A program made the translations under genes and the position numbers. This document shows, in pieces, positions 1 through 6,254 of a stretch of 49,445 bases of DNA; the stretch's first letter is position 1, and every line of letters starts with the position of its first letter. The stretch lies in IMG/VR virus record IMGVR_UViG_3300006872_000009, positions 1 to 49,445 of that record. One strand, given 5' to 3'. This stretch comes from a virus. Taxonomy: Duplodnaviria; Caudoviricetes. The notes under the pieces were generated by a model. That model saw only the letters and a program-made list of their open reading frames with translations, was not told where the DNA came from and made no database searches.

Positions 1-348
1 CTTGTGGAGCAGGGTCAGCTTCTCGACCAAGGGCATGTAGGCTGTGTTGAGGTCCTCGATCTCCTTCCGGAACGGCTCGCCCTTCTTCTTCCGGATGTCA
101 TCCAGTTGCTTCCCGAGCGGCTTCAAGAGCGCGATCAGGTCGGCATAGGCTTGGAGCGTGTACTTGTTCACCGCCGGCATGGTGGCGACCGTCTGCTCGA
201 TCGTGGCGATGATCTCTTTGGCTGTTTCCGGATCGCAGTCCGCCGGAATCTCCGGCAAGGCCGGGACCGTCACGGCCTCGTCAAGGGTTTCCTCGGGAAT
301 GGCCCACGTCGTGGGATCGTCTTCAGGTGCCACAGTCTGCTTACTCAT
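1..348 (-). CDS. Phage early protein, coiled-coil (3' end runs off window)
   Basis: AGGAGG RBS then ATG at 348; open frame MSKQTVAPEDD...KQLDDIRKKKGEPFRKEIEDLN to the window edge; absent from the ORF track because it has no stop. Confidence 0.7.
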   Translation of the reverse strand, partial: MSKQTVAPEDDPTTWAIPEETLDEAVTVPALPEIPADCDPETAKEIIATIEQTVATMPAVNKYTLQAYADLIALLKPLGKQLDDIRKKKGEPFRKEIEDLNTAYMPLVEKLTLLHK

Positions 349-377
349 CGTGTTCCTCCTTTGGTGGTTGCCCCCAC

Positions 378-626
378 CTAGTTGTTCTCGATGTCGCTCC
401 GTTTGGGATCGATCCGCTCGATCCCCGTCTCCTGCTCCAGCAGATCGCTGAACACCTGTTGGCATTTGGTTAAGAGACGCTGGATGTCCTCGGCCTCGAC
501 ATTGCCCATCATTTCCACGGTGCCCTGCTCGTCATTGGCGGGAAGCAGGAGCACGAACGGCACCTCCTGGCCCGCGATGTTCCGAATGGCGGCACCCAGC
601 AGGAGTTTCTGGTCGTCGGTCAGCAT
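378..626 (-). CDS. Hypothetical protein
   Basis: GGGAGGAG RBS; 82 aa; tightly packed in the leftward operon. Confidence 0.7.
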   Translation of the reverse strand: MLTDDQKLLLGAAIRNIAGQEVPFVLLLPANDEQGTVEMMGNVEAEDIQRLLTKCQQVFSDLLEQETGIERIDPKRSDIENN

Positions 627-635
627 CGCTCCTCC

Positions 636-833
636 CTATCCGACCACCTGGTTCAGGGGGTCGTCGTGTTGATCATGATGGCGGGCCGGGTCGGCCTTAA
701 CCTTCCCGCTTCGATATTCCTCCACGAAATACTCCAGCGCTTCGACCGCATACCGCTCGGGGCTCGTATGGGCGGCTTGGGCCAACTCCCGGAACCGGCG
801 CTCCAGAGAGCCGCTAAGACGAATGGACAGCAT
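636..833 (-). CDS. Ribbon-helix-helix (CopG-like) DNA-binding protein
   Basis: AAGGAG RBS, ATG 833; MLSIRLSGSLERRFRELAQAAHTSPERYAVEALEYF fits the RHH strand-helix-helix pattern. Confidence 0.6.
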   Translation of the reverse strand: MLSIRLSGSLERRFRELAQAAHTSPERYAVEALEYFVEEYRSGKVKADPARHHDQHDDPLNQVVG

Positions 834-1002
834 CGACGCTCTCCTTCTTGATGGCGCAATGGATACAGAGACTTTTCCCGTGTTCATTTCGGAACCACTG
901 CGCGGAGATCCCGCAGTACGGACAGACATGCGGCTCCGTCGCGATGTAGTCGGTGGCCTTCGACGTGCCGACCACGGCCCCGATGCCGTCGTGCGCGAGC
1001 AT
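814..1002 (-). CDS. Small zinc-finger protein
   Basis: CPYC...CIHC pairs in 62 aa. Confidence 0.55.
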   Translation of the reverse strand: MLAHDGIGAVVGTSKATDYIATEPHVCPYCGISAQWFRNEHGKSLCIHCAIKKESVDAVHSS

Positions 1003-1110
1003 CTCACCACCCCATCCGTTTCAGGAGCGCGGAGCAATGTTGGGCAATGGAGCATTTGGAGGCCCACAGGGCTTGGCGCTGAGCCAGGGAAAACGTGACT
1101 CTCTTCATCG

Positions 1111-1317
1111 TCAGACCCTCCCGTTGATCGCGCCTGTCAGCGGGTGCGTATTGCTCCGCTCGATCGGCGTCCAGCACAGATCAAAGCGATGCCCATAGCG
1201 GGCGGCGAGCGCCTGTTCCTCGTCGCTCATCGCATGCTGTTCGAGCACGGTCACGCCGGCATCGCTCAGGCCCATCTCCACGATCATCCGGCCCACGGCG
1301 TAGGTCATGTAGGTCAT
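1111..1317 (-). CDS. Hypothetical protein
   Basis: GGAGGT RBS; ATGA overlap with upstream ORF; MTYMTYAVGRMIVE... Confidence 0.55.
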   Translation of the reverse strand: MTYMTYAVGRMIVEMGLSDAGVTVLEQHAMSDEEQALAARYGHRFDLCWTPIERSNTHPLTGAINGRV

Positions 1318-1508
1318 CGCGCACCTCCCCGGCCGAAGACGGCCACGAGACGCCGGAGCCAGGCCGGCCACCGGTGCGGCGGACGAGCTGGCGGAAAGAC
1401 CGACCGCATGCGCCGGGTCGCAAACTCCCCCGGCTCAATCCCGCCCGCCTGTCGTTCGAAGCTGTAGAGGTCGAGCGGTTCGCGCCGCTCATTGGGTCGT
1501 GGTGCCAT
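1314..1508 (-). CDS. Hypothetical protein
   Basis: 64 aa; GGAGG upstream; ATGA-coupled to next gene. Confidence 0.5.
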   Translation of the reverse strand: MAPRPNERREPLDLYSFERQAGGIEPGEFATRRMRSVFPPARPPHRWPAWLRRLVAVFGRGGAR

Positions 1509-1702
1509 AGAGCTTAGCCCTCCATGGTGAAAGGTGAAGTGCGGGCCCGACTATCCGATCGGGCGTGTCAACTGGCGAAAACCCTGGGCCTGATTTGGGT
1601 CAAAAAAAAGTGTCATGGTCAGCTCGCCCGATTGAACCGATGCAGCACCAAACCCCGATCTCCCCTGGAGGGTCACACGTTCATCGCAGATCGGACGCAG
1701 CA

Positions 1703-1927
1703 TCAGGCCACCTTGGCGCTCAGAAAAAACGACATATCGAGTCCGTAGTGATCGCAGAGCGCTTCCAATTCCCGGATGGTCGGCGACGTGGCACCCTTTT
1801 CCCAATTCACGATGGTGCGGCCCGTCTTCTTGATCGGAGCGCCGAACTCATCGTGCGTCTTGCCGAGCATGGTGCGGGCATCGCGGATGCGACGAGGATC
1901 AAAGCGGGGTTTCAGTTTCGTCTTCAT
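1703..1927 (-). CDS. Cro-like XRE HTH regulator
   Basis: IRDARTMLGKTHDEFGAPIKKTGRTIVNWEKGATSPTIRELEALCDHYG is a typical XRE HTH; first gene of the leftward operon. Confidence 0.85.
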   Translation of the reverse strand: MKTKLKPRFDPRRIRDARTMLGKTHDEFGAPIKKTGRTIVNWEKGATSPTIRELEALCDHYGLDMSFFLSAKVA

Positions 1928-1936
1928 GGTGACCTG

Positions 1937-1965
1937 AATATATACCTGGTCTAAATCTGTGTCAA
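1937..1965 (-). promoter_or_regulatory. Sigma70-type promoter for the cro-like gene
   Basis: TTGACA-17 nt-TATATT on the minus strand, 9 nt before the ATG. Confidence 0.7.
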
Positions 1966-1970
1966 TACCA

Positions 1971-1989
1971 TTTTCAGGCCATTTGAAAA
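1971..1989. promoter_or_regulatory. Candidate operator palindrome in the switch region
   Basis: TTTTCA-N7-TGAAAA between the divergent promoters, overlapping the rightward -35. Confidence 0.4.
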
Positions 1990-2011
1990 ATATTTCTTTG
2001 GGGCACAAAGT
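1983..2011 (+). promoter_or_regulatory. PRM-like promoter for the cI-like ORF (leaderless)
   Basis: TTGAAA-17 nt-CAAAGT then 7 nt to ATG 2019; no RBS. Confidence 0.4.
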
Positions 2012-2018
2012 TGGCCCC

Positions 2019-2342
2019 ATGCACACATGGGTAAGGGCCTTGGAACTAGTTCGAGAGCGGAAAGGGAAATCCAAGAATTGGCTGGAAGAGAAGCGCGTCA
2101 TGCGTCGGGCGCAGTACAACACTCTGCTGACTACGGATCAGAAGGTTACAGGTTCAAGTCCTGTCGGGCGCGCCACCTCTCCCACGCCGCATCCCTGCTG
2201 TAATCGCCGCGATTTCACGCACGGGCACTTCTCCGTCCATCGCGTACGCTTTCCGCCATCACCGGGCTCGACCGGTCATTGTCGAGCCAGATTCCGGCCA
2301 TGCCAGTATCAGAACAGTATCACATCCCTGAACAACGCTTGA
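2019..2342 (+). pseudogene. cI-like repressor N-terminus (36 codons) interrupted by tRNA-derived att core; frame stays open to 2342
   Basis: MHTWVRALELVRERKGKSKNWLEEKRVMRRAQYNTL resembles XRE helices 1-3 and is divergent from cro; from 2127 the sequence is tRNA-derived. Confidence 0.55.
2127..2175 (+). mobile_element. att-core-like 3' half of tRNA-Arg(ACG)
   Basis: CTGA-CTACGGA-TCAG anticodon arm, ACAGG-TTCAAGT-CCTGT T-arm, CGGGCGC-G-CCA end; no GCGCCCG 5' acceptor strand or D-arm upstream. Confidence 0.85.
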
Positions 2343-2367
2343 CAGGCCTGCCCCTCTCTGGTATCTC
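2339..2367 (+). promoter_or_regulatory. Sigma70-type promoter for the rightward operon
   Basis: TTGACA-17 nt-TATCTC with TG extension; preceded by two CAGTATCA repeats (2304, 2315). Confidence 0.55.
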
Positions 2368-2423
2368 CTCAGCCATCGTACCCCCACATCTTGTGTCCTG
2401 CACCTCACGGAGGGCCCCATGCT

Positions 2424-2615
2424 GTGAGCTTCCACAAAAAAGACCGCTTCGGTGCCTTGAAGAACCCCACCCTCGCCGTCGCCAATTTCCACGAGGCGCA
2501 GGCCGTGGGGCTCATTCCCCAAAATCAGACGCGCCAGCAACTCGACGCCCACTACCGCAAGAAACTCAGGAAAAAGAAAGCCGCCAAACTCAGCCGGCGC
2601 AAGAATCGCCGGTAA
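2424..2615 (+). CDS. Small basic protein
   Basis: GTG start; Lys/Arg-rich tail YRKKLRKKKAAKLSRRKNRR. Confidence 0.55.
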   Translation: MSFHKKDRFGALKNPTLAVANFHEAQAVGLIPQNQTRQQLDAHYRKKLRKKKAAKLSRRKNRR

Positions 2616-2629
2616 CCCGGAGGTACGCC

Positions 2630-2953
2630 GTGGACCCGATGATGGACGAGGCCGAAGACGAACAACCGGACTCCCTCTCACAGCAGGACGCGGATCAAGA
2701 AGCCCCCTCCGGTGACGGCTATCAGCTCGTGCTGAAGGTCACGCCGGCCGGACTCTCGGTCTGCAAGAAACCGCTCACCGAGCCCTCTCCCGGTGATGGC
2801 TTCAACCGCACCGAGGAGCCTCCCTACGACGAAATCGACGTGGAGAACATCAACCAGGCCTTGAAGGCGATCCTGCTCCTCTACAAGCAGAACCCCGTCG
2901 GCGCCACGGAAGAAGCGGCGATGCAGGCGGAGTACGGGAAGGGAGGGGCCTGA
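2630..2953 (+). CDS. Hypothetical acidic protein
   Basis: GGAGGT RBS then GTG 2630; TGATG overlap with next gene. Confidence 0.65.
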   Translation: MDPMMDEAEDEQPDSLSQQDADQEAPSGDGYQLVLKVTPAGLSVCKKPLTEPSPGDGFNRTEEPPYDEIDVENINQALKAILLLYKQNPVGATEEAAMQAEYGKGGA

Positions 2954-3228
2954 TGCCCAAAAGTGTCCACCTGAATCTGGGCGATGAAGAAAACGGTCCC
3001 GGCTTTCAGTGTCTCGCCTTCTACATGGACGAGCACGGGAATTCGGGACCACCGGACCCGAACAGCCCCGCCCACATGGCGGCCGTGCAACTGCTCCGGC
3101 ATCTCGACACGCTCGGACAACGCACGGACCTCAAGAGCGACGACCCACGGGAGTATCTGAGCAGCGTACCGAAGGAGACGCCTGAAGAGCCGTTGATCGT
3201 GGTGCCGCCGTCGAGCGCGACACATTGA
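2953..3228 (+). CDS. Hypothetical protein
   Basis: GGAGG RBS; coupled to upstream stop. Confidence 0.65.
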   Translation: MPKSVHLNLGDEENGPGFQCLAFYMDEHGNSGPPDPNSPAHMAAVQLLRHLDTLGQRTDLKSDDPREYLSSVPKETPEEPLIVVPPSSATH

Positions 3229-3235
3229 GGAGACG

Positions 3236-3637
3236 ATGACGCAGGATAGCTTAACGGGAGAGCACCTGGCTCATAACCAGGGTGGTGCGGGTTCGACTCC
3301 CGCTCCTGCAACCAACCTCTCCGGCTCCGATCCCTTCGAGCCACGTGGTCCGCTGACAGTCGCCGACATCCGACGCGCCAGGATGAAGCTGCTGGAGATG
3401 GAGGAGAAGCCCGAGCTGGTGCTGCCTCCGGTCGGACAGTATCGGGGTCCTGGCTGGAACGGTCTCGGTGTGCGCTGGGTGTGCTGGGATCATCGGTCTC
3501 AGAGCTTGGTCCAGGGCGGATTCGCGATCGGCGAACTGGAACGATGGCGACAGTGGGTGACGTGGGTGGGCTACGACGCCCGTCCCTATCGAGAACGGAA
3601 GCGCGAATGGCGAAGGCGTCTGCGAGGTGGCGGATGA
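3236..3637 (+). CDS. Hypothetical protein whose first ~26 codons coincide with the tRNA
   Basis: GAGGAG before ATG 3236; ATGA coupling to 3634; alternative start ATG 3382. Confidence 0.5.
   Translation: MTQDSLTGEHLAHNQGGAGSTPAPATNLSGSDPFEPRGPLTVADIRRARMKLLEMEEKPELVLPPVGQYRGPGWNGLGVRWVCWDHRSQSLVQGGFAIGELERWRQWVTWVGYDARPYRERKREWRRRLRGGG
3240..3314 (+). tRNA. tRNA-Met(CAT), initiator-like acceptor stem
   Basis: Full cloverleaf: C-GCAGGA/TCCTGC-A acceptor with C1:A72 mismatch, GCTT/GAGC D-stem, CCTGG-CTCATAA-CCAGG anticodon arm, GCGGG-TTCGACT-CCCGC T-arm, ACCA end. Confidence 0.9.
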
Positions 3638-3879
3638 CCTGTACACGCTGCGCCGGCCTGATGGTCTGGTTCTACGGCCCGGTCGACGAGTGGCATGTGG
3701 GGACGCTCCTCGGCTGGCGAAAATGCGTGAACTGCGGGGATCGGATGGATGTGACCATGTTCAAGCATCGGCATCCGGAGCAGGTCCGTCGCGTGGTGCA
3801 GGTCTTTGCGCCCGAGGGGTATGTCCGCTGGGGCCCGCATGAGCGGAAAGCGCCGCTGTCAGCGGTGCGGTGGGCGTGA
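3634..3879 (+). CDS. Small zinc-ribbon protein (MxCxRCxGLM...W(R)xCxNCG type)
   Basis: MTCTRCAGLMV...GWRKCVNCGDRMD; GAGGTGG RBS. Confidence 0.7.
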   Translation: MTCTRCAGLMVWFYGPVDEWHVGTLLGWRKCVNCGDRMDVTMFKHRHPEQVRRVVQVFAPEGYVRWGPHERKAPLSAVRWA

Positions 3880-4031
3880 TGACGAAGTGCAGCAGCCTCA
3901 AGCCCTCGAAGCTCTGGAAAGCGTATGAGCGGATCGAGGCGACGGTCGCGACGCGGACGGACGAGGAGCGAGCGGACATGTTCCTCGTGGGTGGGCCACC
4001 AATCTCAGGAGGGCCGCAGCGTGGCGAGTAG
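3879..4031 (+). CDS. Hypothetical 50-aa protein
   Basis: TGATG coupling; MTKCSSLKPSKLWKAYERIE...; below the ORF-track cut-off. Confidence 0.35.
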   Translation: MTKCSSLKPSKLWKAYERIEATVATRTDEERADMFLVGGPPISGGPQRGE

Positions 4032-4172
4032 GCGCACCGCCATCGGCGAGATCTGGCGAAGGCCCATCTCCCAGCGGTTGACCGTGTTGCGTTGGACGCC
4101 GAGGGCCTGGGCTAGCCGGTTTTGCGACCAGCCCAGGCGGGCGCGGAGGGATTTTAATTCCCTAGGTGTCAT
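4005..4172 (-). CDS. Small XRE HTH regulator
   Basis: MTPRELKSLRARLGWSQNRLAQALGVQRNTVNRWEMG. Confidence 0.85.
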   Translation of the reverse strand: MTPRELKSLRARLGWSQNRLAQALGVQRNTVNRWEMGLRQISPMAVRLLATLRPS

Positions 4173-4635
4173 TACTACTCTTCTCCATCTCGACCCATGC
4201 CCAGGCGAGACAGCGCTCGAAATCGCCCAGCCAATGGGCGGCCTCGGGGTGCTGCACGATCCCGGTATCGAGGGCGACGGCGATCCACGGCTCCGGGGGG
4301 CAGCACGTCGGATCGGTGACGACCGGCGTCTCGCCCCAGCGGTGAAGCTCCCGCCAGAGCCTGGCCCCACAGCGGCTGTGCGCGGCCACCCAGATCGTCG
4401 CGATGCAGACCGACGGCGCCCCGCTCCAGACCGTGCAGACCAGGCAGGCGGCGGCGGCGGTGCCGGAGAGATGATAATCGCCCACGCCTGGGATTTTGGC
4501 GAGAGCCCCCTCCGCGGCGAGAATCTGCCGGAGCAGATCTCGGCAGGCCGCGAGGGCCTCGTCCGAGATCTCGTGGCGACACGAGTCCCGGACGTGCCCG
4601 GTGGTCAGGGTGACGTGACGGATGTAGCGGGACAT
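4162..4635 (-). CDS. Hypothetical protein of the inverted cassette
   Basis: 157 aa; GAGGA RBS; overlaps the HTH start. Confidence 0.7.
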   Translation of the reverse strand: MSRYIRHVTLTTGHVRDSCRHEISDEALAACRDLLRQILAAEGALAKIPGVGDYHLSGTAAAACLVCTVWSGAPSVCIATIWVAAHSRCGARLWRELHRWGETPVVTDPTCCPPEPWIAVALDTGIVQHPEAAHWLGDFERCLAWAWVEMEKSSNDT

Positions 4636-4638
4636 TGG

Positions 4639-4857
4639 TTACTGGTCCTCTGGCTGCGCCCGTTCGGAGGGGGACAACCATCGCCCAAGCGTTTCAGAAA
4701 ACAATTTTCCTTCTCGGCTGTAGATGGCTGCACCGGTGCGCCCATCCCACACACGCACATCGTAGTCCGTGCCAAGTGCGTGCGCACACTTGAGCGCTGC
4801 CCCTCTCGAGGAAAATGTTCCTACCGAATTTTCACCATAATGGACTTCGTATCGCAT
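4639..4857 (-). CDS. Hypothetical protein
   Basis: AAAGGAGGT RBS then ATG 4857 (MRYEVHYGEN...). Confidence 0.7.
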   Translation of the reverse strand: MRYEVHYGENSVGTFSSRGAALKCAHALGTDYDVRVWDGRTGAAIYSREGKLFSETLGRWLSPSERAQPEDQ

Positions 4858-4879
4858 GCTCGACCTCCTTTCCTTTTTA

Positions 4880-5137
4880 CTAGAAGAAATTTTCGCAGAC
4901 CGGGTATCCACCGTCATCGGTGGTGGTCGCAGGCTCGCTACATCCGCAGCCGGCGCACACACACTCCGGCCAGCCGTTCAGGCCGAGATCGGCGGCAGCC
5001 CGGCGGTCATCGCGGTCCAGCCGTCGCCACATCACGTCGCCGACGGTCTGGCCGGCGCGGATCTGCTCCACGAGTGTGCGGGCGTCCGTGCCAGCGAGTC
5101 GAGCGAGGGTATAGATGGTGGTAGTCGATGCGCTCAT
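4880..5137 (-). CDS. Hypothetical protein with Cys cluster
   Basis: CAGGAG RBS; CVCAGCGC...VCENF. Confidence 0.55.
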   Translation of the reverse strand: MSASTTTIYTLARLAGTDARTLVEQIRAGQTVGDVMWRRLDRDDRRAAADLGLNGWPECVCAGCGCSEPATTTDDGGYPVCENFF

Positions 5138-5243
5138 ACATTTCTCCTGCGCCGTCACGCTGGCGCATGCGGCCCGAGTGGTGGAGAGCCGCGCCCGTCG
5201 GGCTCGCGCTGGCTCGGCTCTGTCGATCAATCAGCATGGTGCT

Positions 5244-5273
5244 ACCATATGATACCGACGGTATCAGTGTCAA
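5244..5273 (-). promoter_or_regulatory. Promoter with a perfect palindromic operator in the spacer
   Basis: TTGACA-18 nt-TATGGT on minus; TGATACCG-A-CGGTATCA (5250-5266) fills the spacer. Confidence 0.7.
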
Positions 5274-5337
5274 GGGGGGTCCACAAATATTTTATTCTGT
5301 AGGTGTTGGTACGTAGGCGCGAGGATGGCGCATTGAA

Positions 5338-5907
5338 TTGAAGGAGTTCTACGTCTATACGCTCACCGATCCGAGGGATCAGTCGGTGTTTTACGTGGGC
5401 AAAGGGTGTGGGCGACGGATGTATGCCCATGAAGCGGGTGTTGCTCGCGGACGCATCGACAATCCCTTTGTGTTTCAGCGCGTCCTAGATATTCATTCTG
5501 CAAACATGAAGGTCGATGCGCAGGTCGTGATGCGGACCATGTATGAAGCGGACGCCTTCCGAGAAGAGTCCCGTCTCATCCAAGAGTTAGGCCTTGAGAG
5601 CCTAGAAAATATCCAGCCTGGACGCACGCGCAAGGTGGACAAGGTGAAGGCGTGGGCTGCTGCCTGGCTCCAGACGATCTGGGCTTTTGATGAATGGGTT
5701 GCCATTCAGCCACGGTCGCCTGAGGCATGCGATCGGTACCACCATCTCGTTGCTTCCGTACAGCAGATGGCGTGGAGCCCGAACGATTGGGTGCGAGCCA
5801 GTTGCGTGACGGATGTGGTGCCTGGCTGGGATGGCGAGAGTCCGCTCCCCGATTGGGCTCTAGAAGGGGTGCGTTTGAAAAACAATCAGTCTTCTATCAA
5901 GCCATGA
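5338..5907 (+). CDS. GIY-YIG nuclease (LEM-3-like), free-standing
   Basis: FYVYTLTDPRDQSVFYVGKGCGRRMYAH...AFREESRLI...LENIQPG; ATGA overlap with terS. Confidence 0.8.
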   Translation: MKEFYVYTLTDPRDQSVFYVGKGCGRRMYAHEAGVARGRIDNPFVFQRVLDIHSANMKVDAQVVMRTMYEADAFREESRLIQELGLESLENIQPGRTRKVDKVKAWAAAWLQTIWAFDEWVAIQPRSPEACDRYHHLVASVQQMAWSPNDWVRASCVTDVVPGWDGESPLPDWALEGVRLKNNQSSIKP

Positions 5908-6254
5908 CAAAACGGGGTGGGAAGCGACCTGGGGCCGGCCGCAAGCATGGCGTTCCGAACAAGGTCAATCAGACCCTTCGGGAGAGGATTCTTGCCATGG
6001 GCCCATCGCCCCTGGAGATCCTGGCTGATATGTACCTGGCTCCTCGGCCTGAGCGCGAAGACAACGAGAGTTTGGCACTCTATCTGAAGCGCCTGGAACT
6101 GTGGAGCGCAGAGAAGAAGTTCGCTGCCGACAAAGCCGCACCCTATCTGCATTCGCGGCTCAGTTCCATCGAGATCACCGGCGAGGACGGCGGACCGATC
6201 AAGCATCAGCATCGCGTCGAGGTCGAGTTCGTGACGCCGGCGAGGAAGAAATAG
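5904..6254 (+). CDS. terS: Terminase small subunit
   Basis: GGKRPGAGRKHGVPNK...AAPYLHSRLSSIEITGEDGGPI motifs; directly upstream of terL. Confidence 0.8.
   Translation: MTKRGGKRPGAGRKHGVPNKVNQTLRERILAMGPSPLEILADMYLAPRPEREDNESLALYLKRLELWSAEKKFAADKAAPYLHSRLSSIEITGEDGGPIKHQHRVEVEFVTPARKK

Noticed and set aside
2100-2175. Intact tRNA-Arg gene
   Set aside because: 5' acceptor strand and D-arm are absent; only the 3' half is present. A 9-bp GTCGGGCGC repeat (2104, 2163) is noted but may be chance
3240-3314. tRNA-Ile2 (lysidine) assignment
   Set aside because: C1:A72 mismatch and CGC start point to the Met/fMet type; not excluded without isotype models
3925-5124. 399-aa plus-strand ORF
   Set aside because: Shadow of four minus-strand genes that have RBSs, a promoter and a clear HTH
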